The notes beneath the pieces were generated by a model. It was given only the letters and a program-made list of their open reading frames with translations, ran no database searches and was not told the origin of the DNA. This document shows positions 1 through 9,596 of a stretch of 34,990 nt of DNA, in pieces. The stretch's first letter is position 1; every line of letters starts with the position of its first letter. A program made the position numbers and the translations under genes. Origin of the DNA: Occultella glacieicola (GTDB taxonomy: Bacteria; Actinomycetota; Actinomycetes; Actinomycetales; Beutenbergiaceae); NCBI RefSeq assembly GCF_004353825.1, contig NZ_SMNA01000008.1, positions 186,001 through 220,990 of the forward strand, given 5' to 3'.

Positions 1-1
1 C

Positions 2-2473
2 GCCCAGCTGGCCGCGGACCTGGTCCGGGTCGGCCTGGAGGAGGAGGCGGTGCACGCCGCGGGGGTGACCGGCCCGCTCGTGGTCGGCCGGGTGCTCGAG
101 GTGAACCCCGAGCCGCAGAAGAACGGCAAGACCATCAACTGGTGCCGGGTGGACGTCGGCGCCCACAACAACGCCGACGGCTCCGGCCGTGGGATCGTCT
201 GCGGCGCCCACAACTTCGCTGCGGGTGACTCCGTGGTGGTCGCCCTGCCCGGCGCCGTGCTGCCCGGCGACTTCGCGATCGCGGCCCGCAAGACGTACGG
301 CCACGTCTCCGACGGGATGATCTGCTCCGAGAGCGAGCTCGGCCTCGGCGAGGGACACGAGGGCATCATCGTGCTCGAGGACGCGCCCGCGCCGGGCACC
401 GACGCCATCGCGTTGCTCGGCCTCGGCGAGGAGGTCCTCGAGATCAATGTGACCCCGGACCGCGGCTACTGCTTCAGCGTGCGTGGGGTGGCCCGCGAGT
501 ACGGCCACTCCACCGGCGCCGCATTCACCGACCACGGGCTGCCGGGCCCGGACCTGCCGTCCGGCAACGACGCGGGCTTCGCCGTCGAACTCGCCGACGA
601 CGCCCCGATCCACGGGGTGCCCGGCGCGGACCGGTTCGTCGCCCGGATCGTCCGCGGCGTCGACACCACCGCGCCGACCCCGGACTGGATGGCCACCCGG
701 CTGCGCCAGGCCGGGATGCGCCCGATCTCCCTGGCGGTGGACATCACGAACTACGTGATGCTCGACCTCGGTCAGCCGCTGCACGCCTACGACCTGGCCA
801 CGCTGGCCGCCCCGATCGTGGTGCGCCGGGCCCGGGCGGGGGAGCGGCTCACCACCCTGGACGACGTCACCCGCACCCTGGACGCCGAGGATCTGTTGAT
901 CACCGACTCCCCGGACGCACCCGGGTCGCGCATCCTCGGCATCGCCGGAGTGATGGGCGGTGCCGACACAGAGGTGACGGACGCGACCACGGACGTGCTC
1001 ATCGAGGCGGCCCACTTCGACCAGATCTCGGTGGCCCGCAGCGCCCGACGGCACAAGCTGCCCAGCGAGGCCGCCAAGCGGTTCGAACGGGGCGTGGACA
1101 CCGCGCTGCAGGCGGTCGCCGCGCAGCGCGTCGTCGACCTGCTCGTGCAGTTCGCCGGCGGCTCACCCGATGCCGGGGTCACCGACCTCGACCGCACGAC
1201 GGCGCCCGAACCGATCGCGATCGACGTCACCCTGCCGGGTCGGCTGGTCGGGGTCGAGTACTCGGCCGAGACGGTGATCGCCACCCTCGAGTCGCTGGGC
1301 GCTCTGGTGGTCACCGGCGGCGCCGAGCTGCTGGTCACCCCGCCGACCTGGCGGGCCGACCTGACCGAGCCGGCCGACCTCGTCGAGGAGGTCGTGCGCC
1401 TGCAGGGCTACGACCGGGTGCCCTCGGTGCTTCCGGCCGCACCGCCGGGTGGTCGCGGGCTCAGCCTCACGCAGCGCCGCCGGCGCCGGGTGGCGAGCCT
1501 GCTCGCCGACTCCGGTCTCACCCAGGTGCTCACCTACCCGTTCATGGCCTCCTCACGGCACGACGACCTGGCGCTGCCCGAGGGTGATCCACGGCGCCGC
1601 GCCGTGCGGCTGGCGAACCCGCTGTCGGAGGCGATGCCGTACCTGCGGACCTCGCTGCTGCACACGCTGGTCGATGCCGCGGTGCGCAACGTCGGCCGTG
1701 GACTGACCGACGTCGCGATCTACGAGATCGGCATGGTCACCCGACCGGACGGCGCCGGCCACCCGTCGCCGCTTCCGCCCACCGGGGTCCGCCCGAGCGA
1801 TGCGGACCTGGACGCGATCCGGGCCGCCGTGCCCGCGCAGCCGCTGCGGGTGGCCGGCGTCCTGGCCGGCAGCCTGGTCCCGCCCGGCGTGTACACGCAG
1901 GCCCGGCGGGCCGATCACGCCGACGCCATCGCGCTCGTGCACCGGATCGCGCAGGCGACCGGCGTCACGCCCGTCGTCGAGGCGGACACCGAGTCCCTGC
2001 CCTGGCACCCGGGCCGGTGCGCGCGGTTCACCACGCCCGACGGCGTCCTGCTGGGCCACGCGGGCGAACTCGCCCCGAAGGTCACGGCGGCGCTGGGCCT
2101 GCCGGCCCGCACGGTGGCGTTCGAGGTGGACCTGGACGCCCTGTTCGACGCCGCGCCGAGCGAGCCGAAGCAGATCCCGCCGCTGTCGACGTTCCCGGCC
2201 GCGAAGGAGGACATCGCGCTGGTCGTCGACGCCGGCACGCCGGTCGCGGACGTGCTCGCCGCCGTGCGGGAGGGCGCCGGCGACCTGGCCGAGGACGTGC
2301 ACCTCTTCGACATCTACACGGGCGAGTCCGTGGGTGAGGGCAAGGCCTCGATGGCGTTCTCGCTGCGCCTGCGGGCCGCCGACCGCACGCTCACCGCCGC
2401 CGACACGGCGCAGGTGCGGGACGCCGTCGTGGCCCTCGCGGGCGAGCGGCTCGGCGCGCGGTTGCGCGCCTGA
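2..2473 (+). CDS. pheT: Phenylalanine--tRNA ligase beta subunit, 5' truncated by window edge
   Basis: Frame is open from position 2 (AQLAADLVRVGLEEE...). Motifs IVCGAHNF, SDGMICSESELG, EINVTPDRG, TNYVMLDLGQPLHAYD, AAKRFERGVD, DLVEEVVRLQGYD and a C-terminal FDX-ACB region (FDIYTG...SMAFSL). Confidence 0.98.
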   Translation, partial: AQLAADLVRVGLEEEAVHAAGVTGPLVVGRVLEVNPEPQKNGKTINWCRVDVGAHNNADGSGRGIVCGAHNFAAGDSVVVALPGAVLPGDFAIAARKTYGHVSDGMICSESELGLGEGHEGIIVLEDAPAPGTDAIALLGLGEEVLEINVTPDRGYCFSVRGVAREYGHSTGAAFTDHGLPGPDLPSGNDAGFAVELADDAPIHGVPGADRFVARIVRGVDTTAPTPDWMATRLRQAGMRPISLAVDITNYVMLDLGQPLHAYDLATLAAPIVVRRARAGERLTTLDDVTRTLDAEDLLITDSPDAPGSRILGIAGVMGGADTEVTDATTDVLIEAAHFDQISVARSARRHKLPSEAAKRFERGVDTALQAVAAQRVVDLLVQFAGGSPDAGVTDLDRTTAPEPIAIDVTLPGRLVGVEYSAETVIATLESLGALVVTGGAELLVTPPTWRADLTEPADLVEEVVRLQGYDRVPSVLPAAPPGGRGLSLTQRRRRRVASLLADSGLTQVLTYPFMASSRHDDLALPEGDPRRRAVRLANPLSEAMPYLRTSLLHTLVDAAVRNVGRGLTDVAIYEIGMVTRPDGAGHPSPLPPTGVRPSDADLDAIRAAVPAQPLRVAGVLAGSLVPPGVYTQARRADHADAIALVHRIAQATGVTPVVEADTESLPWHPGRCARFTTPDGVLLGHAGELAPKVTAALGLPARTVAFEVDLDALFDAAPSEPKQIPPLSTFPAAKEDIALVVDAGTPVADVLAAVREGAGDLAEDVHLFDIYTGESVGEGKASMAFSLRLRAADRTLTAADTAQVRDAVVALAGERLGARLRA

Positions 2474-2505
2474 CCCGACCGGAATCGGGCCGGGGCGCAC
2501 GATCT

Positions 2506-2538
2506 GGCCCGGGGGTGGTGAGCGCCACGCCCCGGGCC
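2506..2538 (+). terminator. GC-rich stem-loop downstream of pheT, possible terminator
   Basis: GGCCCGGGGGTGG...CCACGCCCCGGGCC inverted repeat with one bulge; no U-tract. Confidence 0.5.
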
Positions 2539-2609
2539 GCGACCGCCGCCGGGCCCGCCGGGGACCTTGGTCCCTCGATCCGCCGGATGCGCTGCGGCAC
2601 CCTGGATAC

Positions 2610-3137
2610 ATGAGAGTCCTGGTAGCGATCGCATCCACCTACGGCGCCACCGCCGAGATCGGCGAGGCCGTCGCGGCCGAGTTGCGCCAGGGCGGCCACG
2701 ACGTGGACGTCCGACGGGTCGACTCGGTGGAGTCGCTGCAGGGGTACGACGGCGTCGTGCTCGGCTCCGCGGTGTACATCGGCCGGGTCCTGACGTCGGC
2801 CCGGCAGTTCGCCGCCCGGCTCGCCGAGGAGTTCGCCCCGCGCCCGGTGTGGGTGTTCGCCTCCGGGATGAAGAGCGTCACCGCGTACCCGCTCGGTGCC
2901 GCGTTCACCTCGCCCGTGCCGCCGCCCTACTTCGGTGCTCGGTACGCGATCTTCGGTGGCGTGGTGGACCGCAGCAAGCTGGGATCCGCGGAGCGCTCAC
3001 TGATCGGGTTCGTGGGCGCCACCCACTCCGACGAGCGCGACTTCGACCTGATCGCGGCCTGGTCCGGTGAGGTCTCGGTGCGGATGAACCAGTTCGACGC
3101 GCTCGACCGGGCCAGATCGGCGCAAGGCACTCGATGA
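2610..3137 (+). CDS. Flavodoxin-domain protein (HemG/Flavodoxin_5-like), 175 aa
   Basis: MRVLVAIASTYGATAEIGEAVA (FMN loop), YDGVVLGSAVYIG, PVWVFASG, IFGG, DERDFDLIAAW. Start re-called at ATG 2610 inside the 1800..3137 ORF. Confidence 0.85.
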   Translation: MRVLVAIASTYGATAEIGEAVAAELRQGGHDVDVRRVDSVESLQGYDGVVLGSAVYIGRVLTSARQFAARLAEEFAPRPVWVFASGMKSVTAYPLGAAFTSPVPPPYFGARYAIFGGVVDRSKLGSAERSLIGFVGATHSDERDFDLIAAWSGEVSVRMNQFDALDRARSAQGTR

Positions 3138-3142
3138 GCACG

Positions 3143-4318
3143 TCAGCCGGTCGGGTCCAGCCGGAAGTGCAGCTCGGGTGACAGGTCCGGTCCGCCTCCG
3201 GCCGTCCCGGGCCCCGACCAGAATCGGATCGCGAGCGCACGACTTCGTGGCCGGTACGAGGCCGACCAGAGGGTTCCGCCGAGCACGTCGCCGGACCGTG
3301 GGCACCGGGTACTGACCGCGACCCGATCGGCGATGTGGGCAAGCTGGTCGGCGGTGACCAGGCGATCGGGGTCGGCTCCGAGGCTCGCGTCGATCACCTC
3401 GAGACGTTCGAGGGATCCGCGGACCTCCGGGTCGTTCTCCCACGCGTCGGGGAGTCGTCGAAGCAGGCTGTGGTTGGTGGATCTCATCGATCCGTCGCGC
3501 TTGACCACCGTGTGCATCGTGTTGTCGTCCCCGGGCTCCGCCATCATCACGACGCCCTCGGCATCGGCGACGAGGTAGTGGCGGGGCATCCAGGACCGAT
3601 ACCACTGCTGCTCGGTGAAGACACGCTGGGCGTCCTCGACGGTGCGACAGCGGTCCAGGATGAACCGCAGCACCTCCAGTTCGTTCAACCCCGGCTCGAT
3701 GCCCGGAGGGCCGAGGGTCGGTGCCGTGCGATCGACGAGCTGCATCATCGAGACGACCAGCCCCGCCTCGTTCATGCCGTCGATCACTCCGTTGCAGAGG
3801 TCGAAGGCACACATGAACAACGTGCTCAGCCCTCCGTCGGTGGGGTGGACCTCCATCAGATACGGCTCGCTCAGCAAGGCGGGCGCCTCGGGACGGGCAC
3901 CGCGGCCGAGCACCACGTCCGGCAACGAGAGGAATCCGAAGTCGAAGTTTCGCTGGACCACGATGCCGGCATCCATGGTCGGCGCGGTGAGCACCGAGCA
4001 GCCGACCACCTGGGGCGGCGCCGGCAACGACATGTGGTGGCCGACGCCGAGCGCGTCCACGCTCGGGTCCGAGGTGTCCAGACCGAACGCGCGCGCGATT
4101 CCGGCACCACGCGCGGCCAGCTCCGGATAGTGGCGAACTGCCCACGCACGCCGGGCCTGCACGACCCGATCCGGTAGCAGGAGATCGGGTGCGGCTACCC
4201 GATGCCGGGACCTGGCGATGTGCCCGAGGGACTCCCCGATCGCATCGTTGCCTCCCCGCAGGCGCACGTGCCGAACCACGAGGCGTTCGTCCGGCGATCG
4301 GTACACGATCTCGTCCAT
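3143..4318 (-). CDS. C45-family autoproteolytic Ntn hydrolase / acyltransferase
   Basis: Propeptide followed by G|CS nucleophile site, RNFDF, DGMNEAGL, LRFILDRCRTVEDA, HYLVADAEG, STNH, TLWS. Confidence 0.8.
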   Translation of the reverse strand: MDEIVYRSPDERLVVRHVRLRGGNDAIGESLGHIARSRHRVAAPDLLLPDRVVQARRAWAVRHYPELAARGAGIARAFGLDTSDPSVDALGVGHHMSLPAPPQVVGCSVLTAPTMDAGIVVQRNFDFGFLSLPDVVLGRGARPEAPALLSEPYLMEVHPTDGGLSTLFMCAFDLCNGVIDGMNEAGLVVSMMQLVDRTAPTLGPPGIEPGLNELEVLRFILDRCRTVEDAQRVFTEQQWYRSWMPRHYLVADAEGVVMMAEPGDDNTMHTVVKRDGSMRSTNHSLLRRLPDAWENDPEVRGSLERLEVIDASLGADPDRLVTADQLAHIADRVAVSTRCPRSGDVLGGTLWSASYRPRSRALAIRFWSGPGTAGGGPDLSPELHFRLDPTG

Positions 4319-4328
4319 CGGGCCGCCC

Positions 4329-5114
4329 CTACTCGACTCGACGGGCTCCGGCGGGCATCAGCTGCCGGTTCACCGCCCCGCAGGTGAGCCAGTCCCGCAG
4401 CACCTCGTTGAAGAGAGCCGGGTCCTCGGCGTTCCAGGCGTGATGCATGCGCGGCACCAGTCGGGTGGTGATCGCCGCCACGTCCGGATAGGCGCGCAGG
4501 GCCTCGCGCACGGGGCGCATGTCCCGCTGTCCGGCCAGGCCCAGCACCGGGACCTCCGAGCGACCCAGTGCGGCCAGATCGGCCGCGGGCAGGCCCTCGT
4601 AGACCTCGGCCACGACGGCCCGCATGTTCTCGACGCGCATCGCCAGACCGTCGCTGACGAACTGCTCGACGGCGTCCGGAGGCAGTCCGAACATTCGTGC
4701 CTGGGCGGCCCAGTACCAGCGGCGGTCCCACAATCGCAACTGCATCGTATTGAGCCGCCGGGCCAGTCCACCGACCCCCTCCAGCAGTGCTCCGGTCAGC
4801 AGCGCGGAATGCACCACCTCGGGGTGTCGGGCGGTCAGCACGGTGCCGACCACGGCGCCCATGGACATACCCACCACGTGGGCCCGGCCGCCGTCGGCCC
4901 GGTCGGCGACGATCGCGGCGGCCCGGTCGGCGACGTCGGCCAGGGACGTCCAGTCCAGCGCGGCGGACGCGCCGAAGCCCGGCAGGTCGGGCACCAGGCA
5001 GTGGTGGTCCGGCAGCGCCTCCACCTGGTCGTGCCACATCCATCCGGGGATGTTGCCGCCGTGCAGGAACAACACACTCGGCCCGGCCCCTTCGTGGGCA
5101 CTGGTGACGTACAT
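4329..5114 (-). CDS. Alpha/beta fold hydrolase
   Basis: VLFLHGG, PDLPGFGAS, nucleophile elbow GMSMG, C-terminal HAWN. Start overlaps the PadR stop by 1 nt (TGATG). Confidence 0.9.
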   Translation of the reverse strand: MYVTSAHEGAGPSVLFLHGGNIPGWMWHDQVEALPDHHCLVPDLPGFGASAALDWTSLADVADRAAAIVADRADGGRAHVVGMSMGAVVGTVLTARHPEVVHSALLTGALLEGVGGLARRLNTMQLRLWDRRWYWAAQARMFGLPPDAVEQFVSDGLAMRVENMRAVVAEVYEGLPAADLAALGRSEVPVLGLAGQRDMRPVREALRAYPDVAAITTRLVPRMHHAWNAEDPALFNEVLRDWLTCGAVNRQLMPAGARRVE

Positions 5115-5635
5115 CAGGCGAACTCCCGGTCCAGCTCGTCCAGCCAGTCCAGCTCGGCCCGCGCGTGCGCCAGTCCGTTGCGCAGGGTGGCCAGCCGGAG
5201 CCGTTCCGCCCTGCTCCGGCCCGGGCCCTCGGCCTGCTCGAGCGCGGTCAGCGTCTGCCAGGCGCCCATGACCGCGGCGCGACGGCGGCCCAGCAGTTCA
5301 CGGACGCCGTCGTCGTCGAGGGCGGGTGCGAAGAACACCCGGGCGAGGAAATCGTTGCGAGCCGGCGCCGGATCCGGCTCGGCGCGGAGCCAGCGCTCGA
5401 GTTCCTCGCGGCCGGCGGCGGTGATCCGGTGCACCCTGCGGCTCGGACGCCCGTCCTGGGGCACCACCTCGACCTCGGCCAGACCGGTATCGACCAGTGC
5501 GGTCAGGGTCCGGTAGATCTGTGCCTGGTCGCCGGACCAGAAGTGGTTGACGGACTCGTCGAACGCCTTCTTGAGGTCGTAGCCGGTCAGTGGGGACAGA
5601 TCGAGGAGCCCCAGGACCGCATGCTTCATACTCAT
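5114..5635 (-). CDS. PadR-family transcriptional regulator (long, AphA-like C-terminus)
   Basis: MKHAVLGLL...TGYDLKKAF...QIYRTL...ITAAGREELERWL. Start at ATG 5635 or 5629. Confidence 0.93.
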   Translation of the reverse strand: MSMKHAVLGLLDLSPLTGYDLKKAFDESVNHFWSGDQAQIYRTLTALVDTGLAEVEVVPQDGRPSRRVHRITAAGREELERWLRAEPDPAPARNDFLARVFFAPALDDDGVRELLGRRRAAVMGAWQTLTALEQAEGPGRSRAERLRLATLRNGLAHARAELDWLDELDREFA

Positions 5636-5640
5636 GACCG

Positions 5641-5660
5641 ATATAAGACCATGCATATAT
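5641..5660. promoter_or_regulatory. AT-rich inverted repeat ATATA-N10-TATAT, candidate PadR autoregulatory operator / promoter
   Basis: ATATAAGACCATGCATATAT lies a few nt upstream of the padR start and is unusually AT-rich for this sequence. Confidence 0.5.
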
Positions 5661-5699
5661 AGGACGACGCAAGCATTCGGCGCCGGTCCACTCCGGCGC

Positions 5700-5738
5700 G
5701 CTGCGTCACTGACCCGCGGGACGGGTCAGTGACGCAGC
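5700..5738 (-). terminator. Perfect 17-bp inverted repeat downstream of the quinone oxidoreductase gene
   Basis: GCTGCGTCACTGACCCG-cggga-CGGGTCAGTGACGCAGC, 8 nt after the stop at 5747. Confidence 0.7.
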
Positions 5739-5746
5739 CGGGTGCT

Positions 5747-6733
5747 TCAGGGCAGCAGCAGCACCTTGCCGGTGGTCCCGCGGCTCTCGAGGGCGCGGTG
5801 CGCGTCGGCAGCCTCCGCCAGCGGGAACGTGGCGCCCACGCGCACGTCCAGGTCACCACTCGCGAGCGCGCCGAAGACGGCGCCGGAGCGGTAGGCGAGC
5901 TCGTCCGGGTCCGCGGTGTAGTGCCCGAGCGTCGGCCGGGTGACGAACAAGGAGCCCGAGCTGTTCAGCCGCTGCAGGTCGAACGGGGGCACCTGCCCGC
6001 TGGCGCCGCCGAACAGCACGAGCATGCCCCGGCGCCGCACGCTCGCCAGGGTCGCGTCGAACGTGGTGGCGCCGACGCCGTCGTAGGCCACATGCACGCC
6101 GGCGCCGCCGGTGAGGTCCCGCACGATCTGGGGGAGTTCGGTCGTCAGGTCGTCGAGCTCGGTGTAGCGGACCACGTCGCTCGCACCGGCGGCCCGGGAC
6201 AGGGCCTCCTTCTCCGCGGTGGACACTGTGGTGATCACCCTGGCCCCCCGCGCGACGGCGAGCTGGGTGAGCAGCAGCCCGACACCGCCCGCGCCGGCCG
6301 TGAGCAGCACGTCCTGGCCGGGCCGGACGTCGAACACCCCGTCGACGAGCATGTGCGCCGTCATCCCCTGCAGCGGCAGCGCCGCGGCCACGTGCGCGTC
6401 GACGCCGTCGGGCACGACGATCGCGGCGTCCGCCTCGAGCAGGACCTCCTCGGCGTAGGAGCCGCTCAGCGACCCCGACCACGCGACGAGCCGGCCCGGC
6501 GAGAGGTGGGTGACACCGTCGCCGACCGCGACCACCTCGCCGGCGCCCTCGCTCCCGGGCACGAACGGGAACTGGCGGGGGTACACGCCGGAGCGCACAT
6601 AGGTGTCGTAGAAGTTCACCCCGATCGCGCTCGTGCGGACCAGCACCTGCCCGGCCCTGGGAGCGGGCGACGGACGGTCGGTCGGGGTGAGGACATCGGG
6701 ACCGCCGGCGGTCCGGGCTTCGATGGCGCGCAT
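5747..6733 (-). CDS. qor: NADPH:quinone oxidoreductase (zeta-crystallin/MDR family)
   Basis: AIGVNFYD..RSGVY, PGSEGAGEV, LQGMTAH, AGAGGVG, YDGVG, FGGASG, GSLFVTRP, TTGKVLL. ATG at 6733 is preceded by a TAGGTT -10 element 7 nt upstream. Confidence 0.93.
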   Translation of the reverse strand: MRAIEARTAGGPDVLTPTDRPSPAPRAGQVLVRTSAIGVNFYDTYVRSGVYPRQFPFVPGSEGAGEVVAVGDGVTHLSPGRLVAWSGSLSGSYAEEVLLEADAAIVVPDGVDAHVAAALPLQGMTAHMLVDGVFDVRPGQDVLLTAGAGGVGLLLTQLAVARGARVITTVSTAEKEALSRAAGASDVVRYTELDDLTTELPQIVRDLTGGAGVHVAYDGVGATTFDATLASVRRRGMLVLFGGASGQVPPFDLQRLNSSGSLFVTRPTLGHYTADPDELAYRSGAVFGALASGDLDVRVGATFPLAEAADAHRALESRGTTGKVLLLP

Positions 6734-6843
6734 GGGTGTCAACCTACAGCGGCGCCCCCCGGCCAGAGGTAGGGAGAACCCCCGGGTCCAGATGCCGGTG
6801 GGCACCAGTGATCGGGCGGCCCCGGGCGAGAAGGCTGTTCACC

Positions 6844-8235
6844 ATGACCGCAACCCTCGATCCACCCGTACTCGCCCCCGCCGCGAGTCCGCCGCCCGCA
6901 CGCGACCTGTTCGTGGATGTCCTGCGGCTGTTCGCGATCGTGCTCGTGGTGGCCCAGCACTGGCTGATGCCGGTGTTCGACTACTCGGGCGGGACCCTCG
7001 TCACCGGCAACGCGCTCACCGTCCCCGGTGGGTGGGCGATCACCTGGATCAGCCAGGTGATGCCACTGATCTTCTTCACCGGTGGGGCCGCGACCGCGAT
7101 CAGCCTGCGCCGTCGCGGCACCGGCCCGGACCGGGCCTGGGTGGCCGAGCGGATCTTGCGCCTGGCGATCCCGGTGCTCGCCCTGGCGGCGCTCTGGCTG
7201 CCGCTGCCGCACCTGCTCCTGGCCCTCGGGCTGCCCGCCGAGCCGGTCTCGGTCGGTGCCCGCCTGGTGGGTGCGCTGCTGTGGTTCCTCGCCGCGTACG
7301 TGATGATCACGTTGCTCAGCCCGGCGCTGGTGCGTCTGGCCCAGGTGTTGCGTGGCCGCGAACTCGTCGGCTTCGCCGCCGTCGCGATCGCGGTCGACGT
7401 GGCCCGGTTCTCCTTCGACGCCCCGGACCTGCTCGGCTACCTGAACGTGCTGGCCGTCTGGGGCGCCGTGCACCAGGCCGGCATCCACTACGGGAACGGG
7501 CGGCTCCGGGGCATCCGGGGCGTGCGCGCGCTCGCGCTCGGTGTCGCCGGGTTCGCCGTGGCGGCCCTCGCCGTCGCCTTCGGGCCCTACCCGCCGAGCA
7601 TGATCGGTCTGCCGGGTGACCCGATGTCCAACATGAACCCCCCGACGGCGGTGCTGCTCGCACTCGCGGTCGGCCAGCTCGGCCTGGCGCTCGCCATCCG
7701 CGAGAAGATCGCGGCCTGGGCCGCACGGCCCCGGGTCGCCGCGGTGGTGGGGCGGCTGTCGGGGTCCTCGATGACCGTGTACCTGTGGCACACCCCCGCC
7801 CTGGTGCTGGTCGCCGGCGTCGCGGTGTTCGCGCTCGACCGCGGCACGCCCGACCCGTTGTCGGCCGAATGGTTCGACGGCGTGACGGCCTGGGTCGCGA
7901 TGCTCACCGTCGTGCTCGTCGTGGCCGTGCGGGTGTTCTCCCGCCTGGAGCGGGTGCGACTGCCGCGCCCGGTCGCAGCGGACCTGAGTGCCGGGCGGCT
8001 CGGCGCCGGTGGGCTGCTCGTGGGTCTGGGCGTGCTCGCCCTGACCGTCGGCGGGTTCCGTCCCGAGACGTTCTGGGCTCCCACCGGACCGCTGGTGGCC
8101 GTGGCGTCGATCACGGTCGGGGTACTGCTGCTCTCCGGTGGGAGAGTCAGGAACGCGTTCGCCGGCGGCAGTGGCGGCAGAGACGGGCAACCGCGCTGGT
8201 CTTCGGCGGCGCGAACCGGCAGGGTGGCGTCATGA
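6844..8235 (+). CDS. Membrane acyltransferase (Acyl_transf_3 family)
   Basis: RDLFVDVLR...VVAQHW, TWISQVMPLIFFTGG, LWFLAAY, HQAGIHY, YPPSMIG...SNMNPPT, SMTVYLWH; many hydrophobic helices. Confidence 0.88.
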   Translation: MTATLDPPVLAPAASPPPARDLFVDVLRLFAIVLVVAQHWLMPVFDYSGGTLVTGNALTVPGGWAITWISQVMPLIFFTGGAATAISLRRRGTGPDRAWVAERILRLAIPVLALAALWLPLPHLLLALGLPAEPVSVGARLVGALLWFLAAYVMITLLSPALVRLAQVLRGRELVGFAAVAIAVDVARFSFDAPDLLGYLNVLAVWGAVHQAGIHYGNGRLRGIRGVRALALGVAGFAVAALAVAFGPYPPSMIGLPGDPMSNMNPPTAVLLALAVGQLGLALAIREKIAAWAARPRVAAVVGRLSGSSMTVYLWHTPALVLVAGVAVFALDRGTPDPLSAEWFDGVTAWVAMLTVVLVVAVRVFSRLERVRLPRPVAADLSAGRLGAGGLLVGLGVLALTVGGFRPETFWAPTGPLVAVASITVGVLLLSGGRVRNAFAGGSGGRDGQPRWSSAARTGRVAS

Positions 8236-9524
8236 CCGCGCTCGAGACCCCCGTCGGCCCCGAGCCGCAGGCCGCGGAGCGGGTCTCGGTGCTGCGCCGG
8301 GCCGCACGCGAGAGCGGATACCTGCTCCTCTGCCTGCCGATCGCCATCGCCGGGCTGGTGGTGTTCGTGGTCGGTGTTTCCCTCGGCACCGCGCTCCTGA
8401 TCACCGTGGTCGGCCTGCCGATCCTGGCGGGAACCCTCGCTGCCGCCCAGGGCCTCGGGAACCTCGAGCGCGAGCGACTGGCCGCGATCGGACACCCGGT
8501 GCCGGCCACGCGGCCGTTCCACACCGACCGGAGGGGCCTGCGCCGGTTCCTGGCCAGGCTCGGCCACGGGCAGAGCTGGCTCGACCTGCTCCACACGCTG
8601 CTGTTCTTCCCGCTCTCGCTCACGACCTTCATCGTCACGGTGGTCTGGTGGGTGGTCGGCGCCGGGGGAGTGCTGTACTTCGTCTGGGAGCGGTACCTGC
8701 CGGACGGGGGCCGGACCGGTCTCGCGGACCTGCTCGGCTACCCCGGCCGGGTGGCGGACATCGCCCTGACCACCGTGATCGGCGCGATCCTGCTGATCAC
8801 CGCACCGTGGGTCGTGCGGGCCATGGTCGCGGTGCACCGCGGACTCGCGCGGGTCACCCTCGGTGGTACCTCCTCCTCGGCCCTGCGCGCCCAGGTCGCC
8901 GAGCTCACCCGCAGCCGGGCCGCGGTGGTCGGCGCCGAGGCGGACACGCTGCGCCGGATCGAGCGGGACATCCATGACGGTCCCCAGCAACGCCTGGTCC
9001 GGATGAGCATGGACCTGCAGTCCGCGCAGCGGCGCCTCGCCGCCGAGGACCCGAAGGCTGCCGAGCGGCTGATCGCCGAGGCCATCGGGCACGCCCAGGC
9101 GAGCCTCGACGAACTCCGCACCCTGTCCCGCGGTATCGCCCCGCCGGTGCTCAGTGACCGCGGTCTTCGGGCGGCGATCGCCTCGGCCGCGGGCCAGTCA
9201 CCGATCCCGGTCGAGCTGGACATCGCCCTCGAACCGGGGCAGCGGTTCACCGCGGCTCGGGAGTCGGCGGCGTACTTCGTGGTCACCGAGTCGCTCGTGA
9301 ACGCGGCCAAGCACTCCCGCGCGTCGGTGGTACGGGTGGTCGTGACGGAACTGGACGACGCCGCCCTGAGGGTCGAGATCGCGGACGACGGTATCGGTGG
9401 CGCACACCCGGGCAAGGGGCATGGCCTGACGGGTCTCGCGGACCGCCTCGCCGGCGTGGACGGCGTCCTCGACGTCGACAGCACCGACGGCGCCGGTACC
9501 CGGGTGGTGGCCACGATCCCCTGA
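8232..9524 (+). CDS. Sensor histidine kinase (membrane sensor region + HisKA_3 + HATPase)
   Basis: ATGA overlap with the acyltransferase stop. H-box RIERDIHDGPQQRL, PPVLSDRGL, ESLVNAAKH, DDGIGG, GHGLTGLADR, GAGT. Confidence 0.93.
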   Translation: MTALETPVGPEPQAAERVSVLRRAARESGYLLLCLPIAIAGLVVFVVGVSLGTALLITVVGLPILAGTLAAAQGLGNLERERLAAIGHPVPATRPFHTDRRGLRRFLARLGHGQSWLDLLHTLLFFPLSLTTFIVTVVWWVVGAGGVLYFVWERYLPDGGRTGLADLLGYPGRVADIALTTVIGAILLITAPWVVRAMVAVHRGLARVTLGGTSSSALRAQVAELTRSRAAVVGAEADTLRRIERDIHDGPQQRLVRMSMDLQSAQRRLAAEDPKAAERLIAEAIGHAQASLDELRTLSRGIAPPVLSDRGLRAAIASAAGQSPIPVELDIALEPGQRFTAARESAAYFVVTESLVNAAKHSRASVVRVVVTELDDAALRVEIADDGIGGAHPGKGHGLTGLADRLAGVDGVLDVDSTDGAGTRVVATIP

Positions 9525-9596
9525 CGGACGCCGCGCGCGGGTCCGTCGCCGAGCAGTCCCGGCGGCCGGGCCCGCGCTCGGCTAGGGTCGGGAACC

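Noticed and set aside
1800..2609. N-terminal 270 aa of the 445-aa ORF 1800..3137, suggesting a fusion
   Set aside because: It overlaps pheT out of frame and is low-complexity Arg/Pro/Ser; the real gene starts at ATG 2610.
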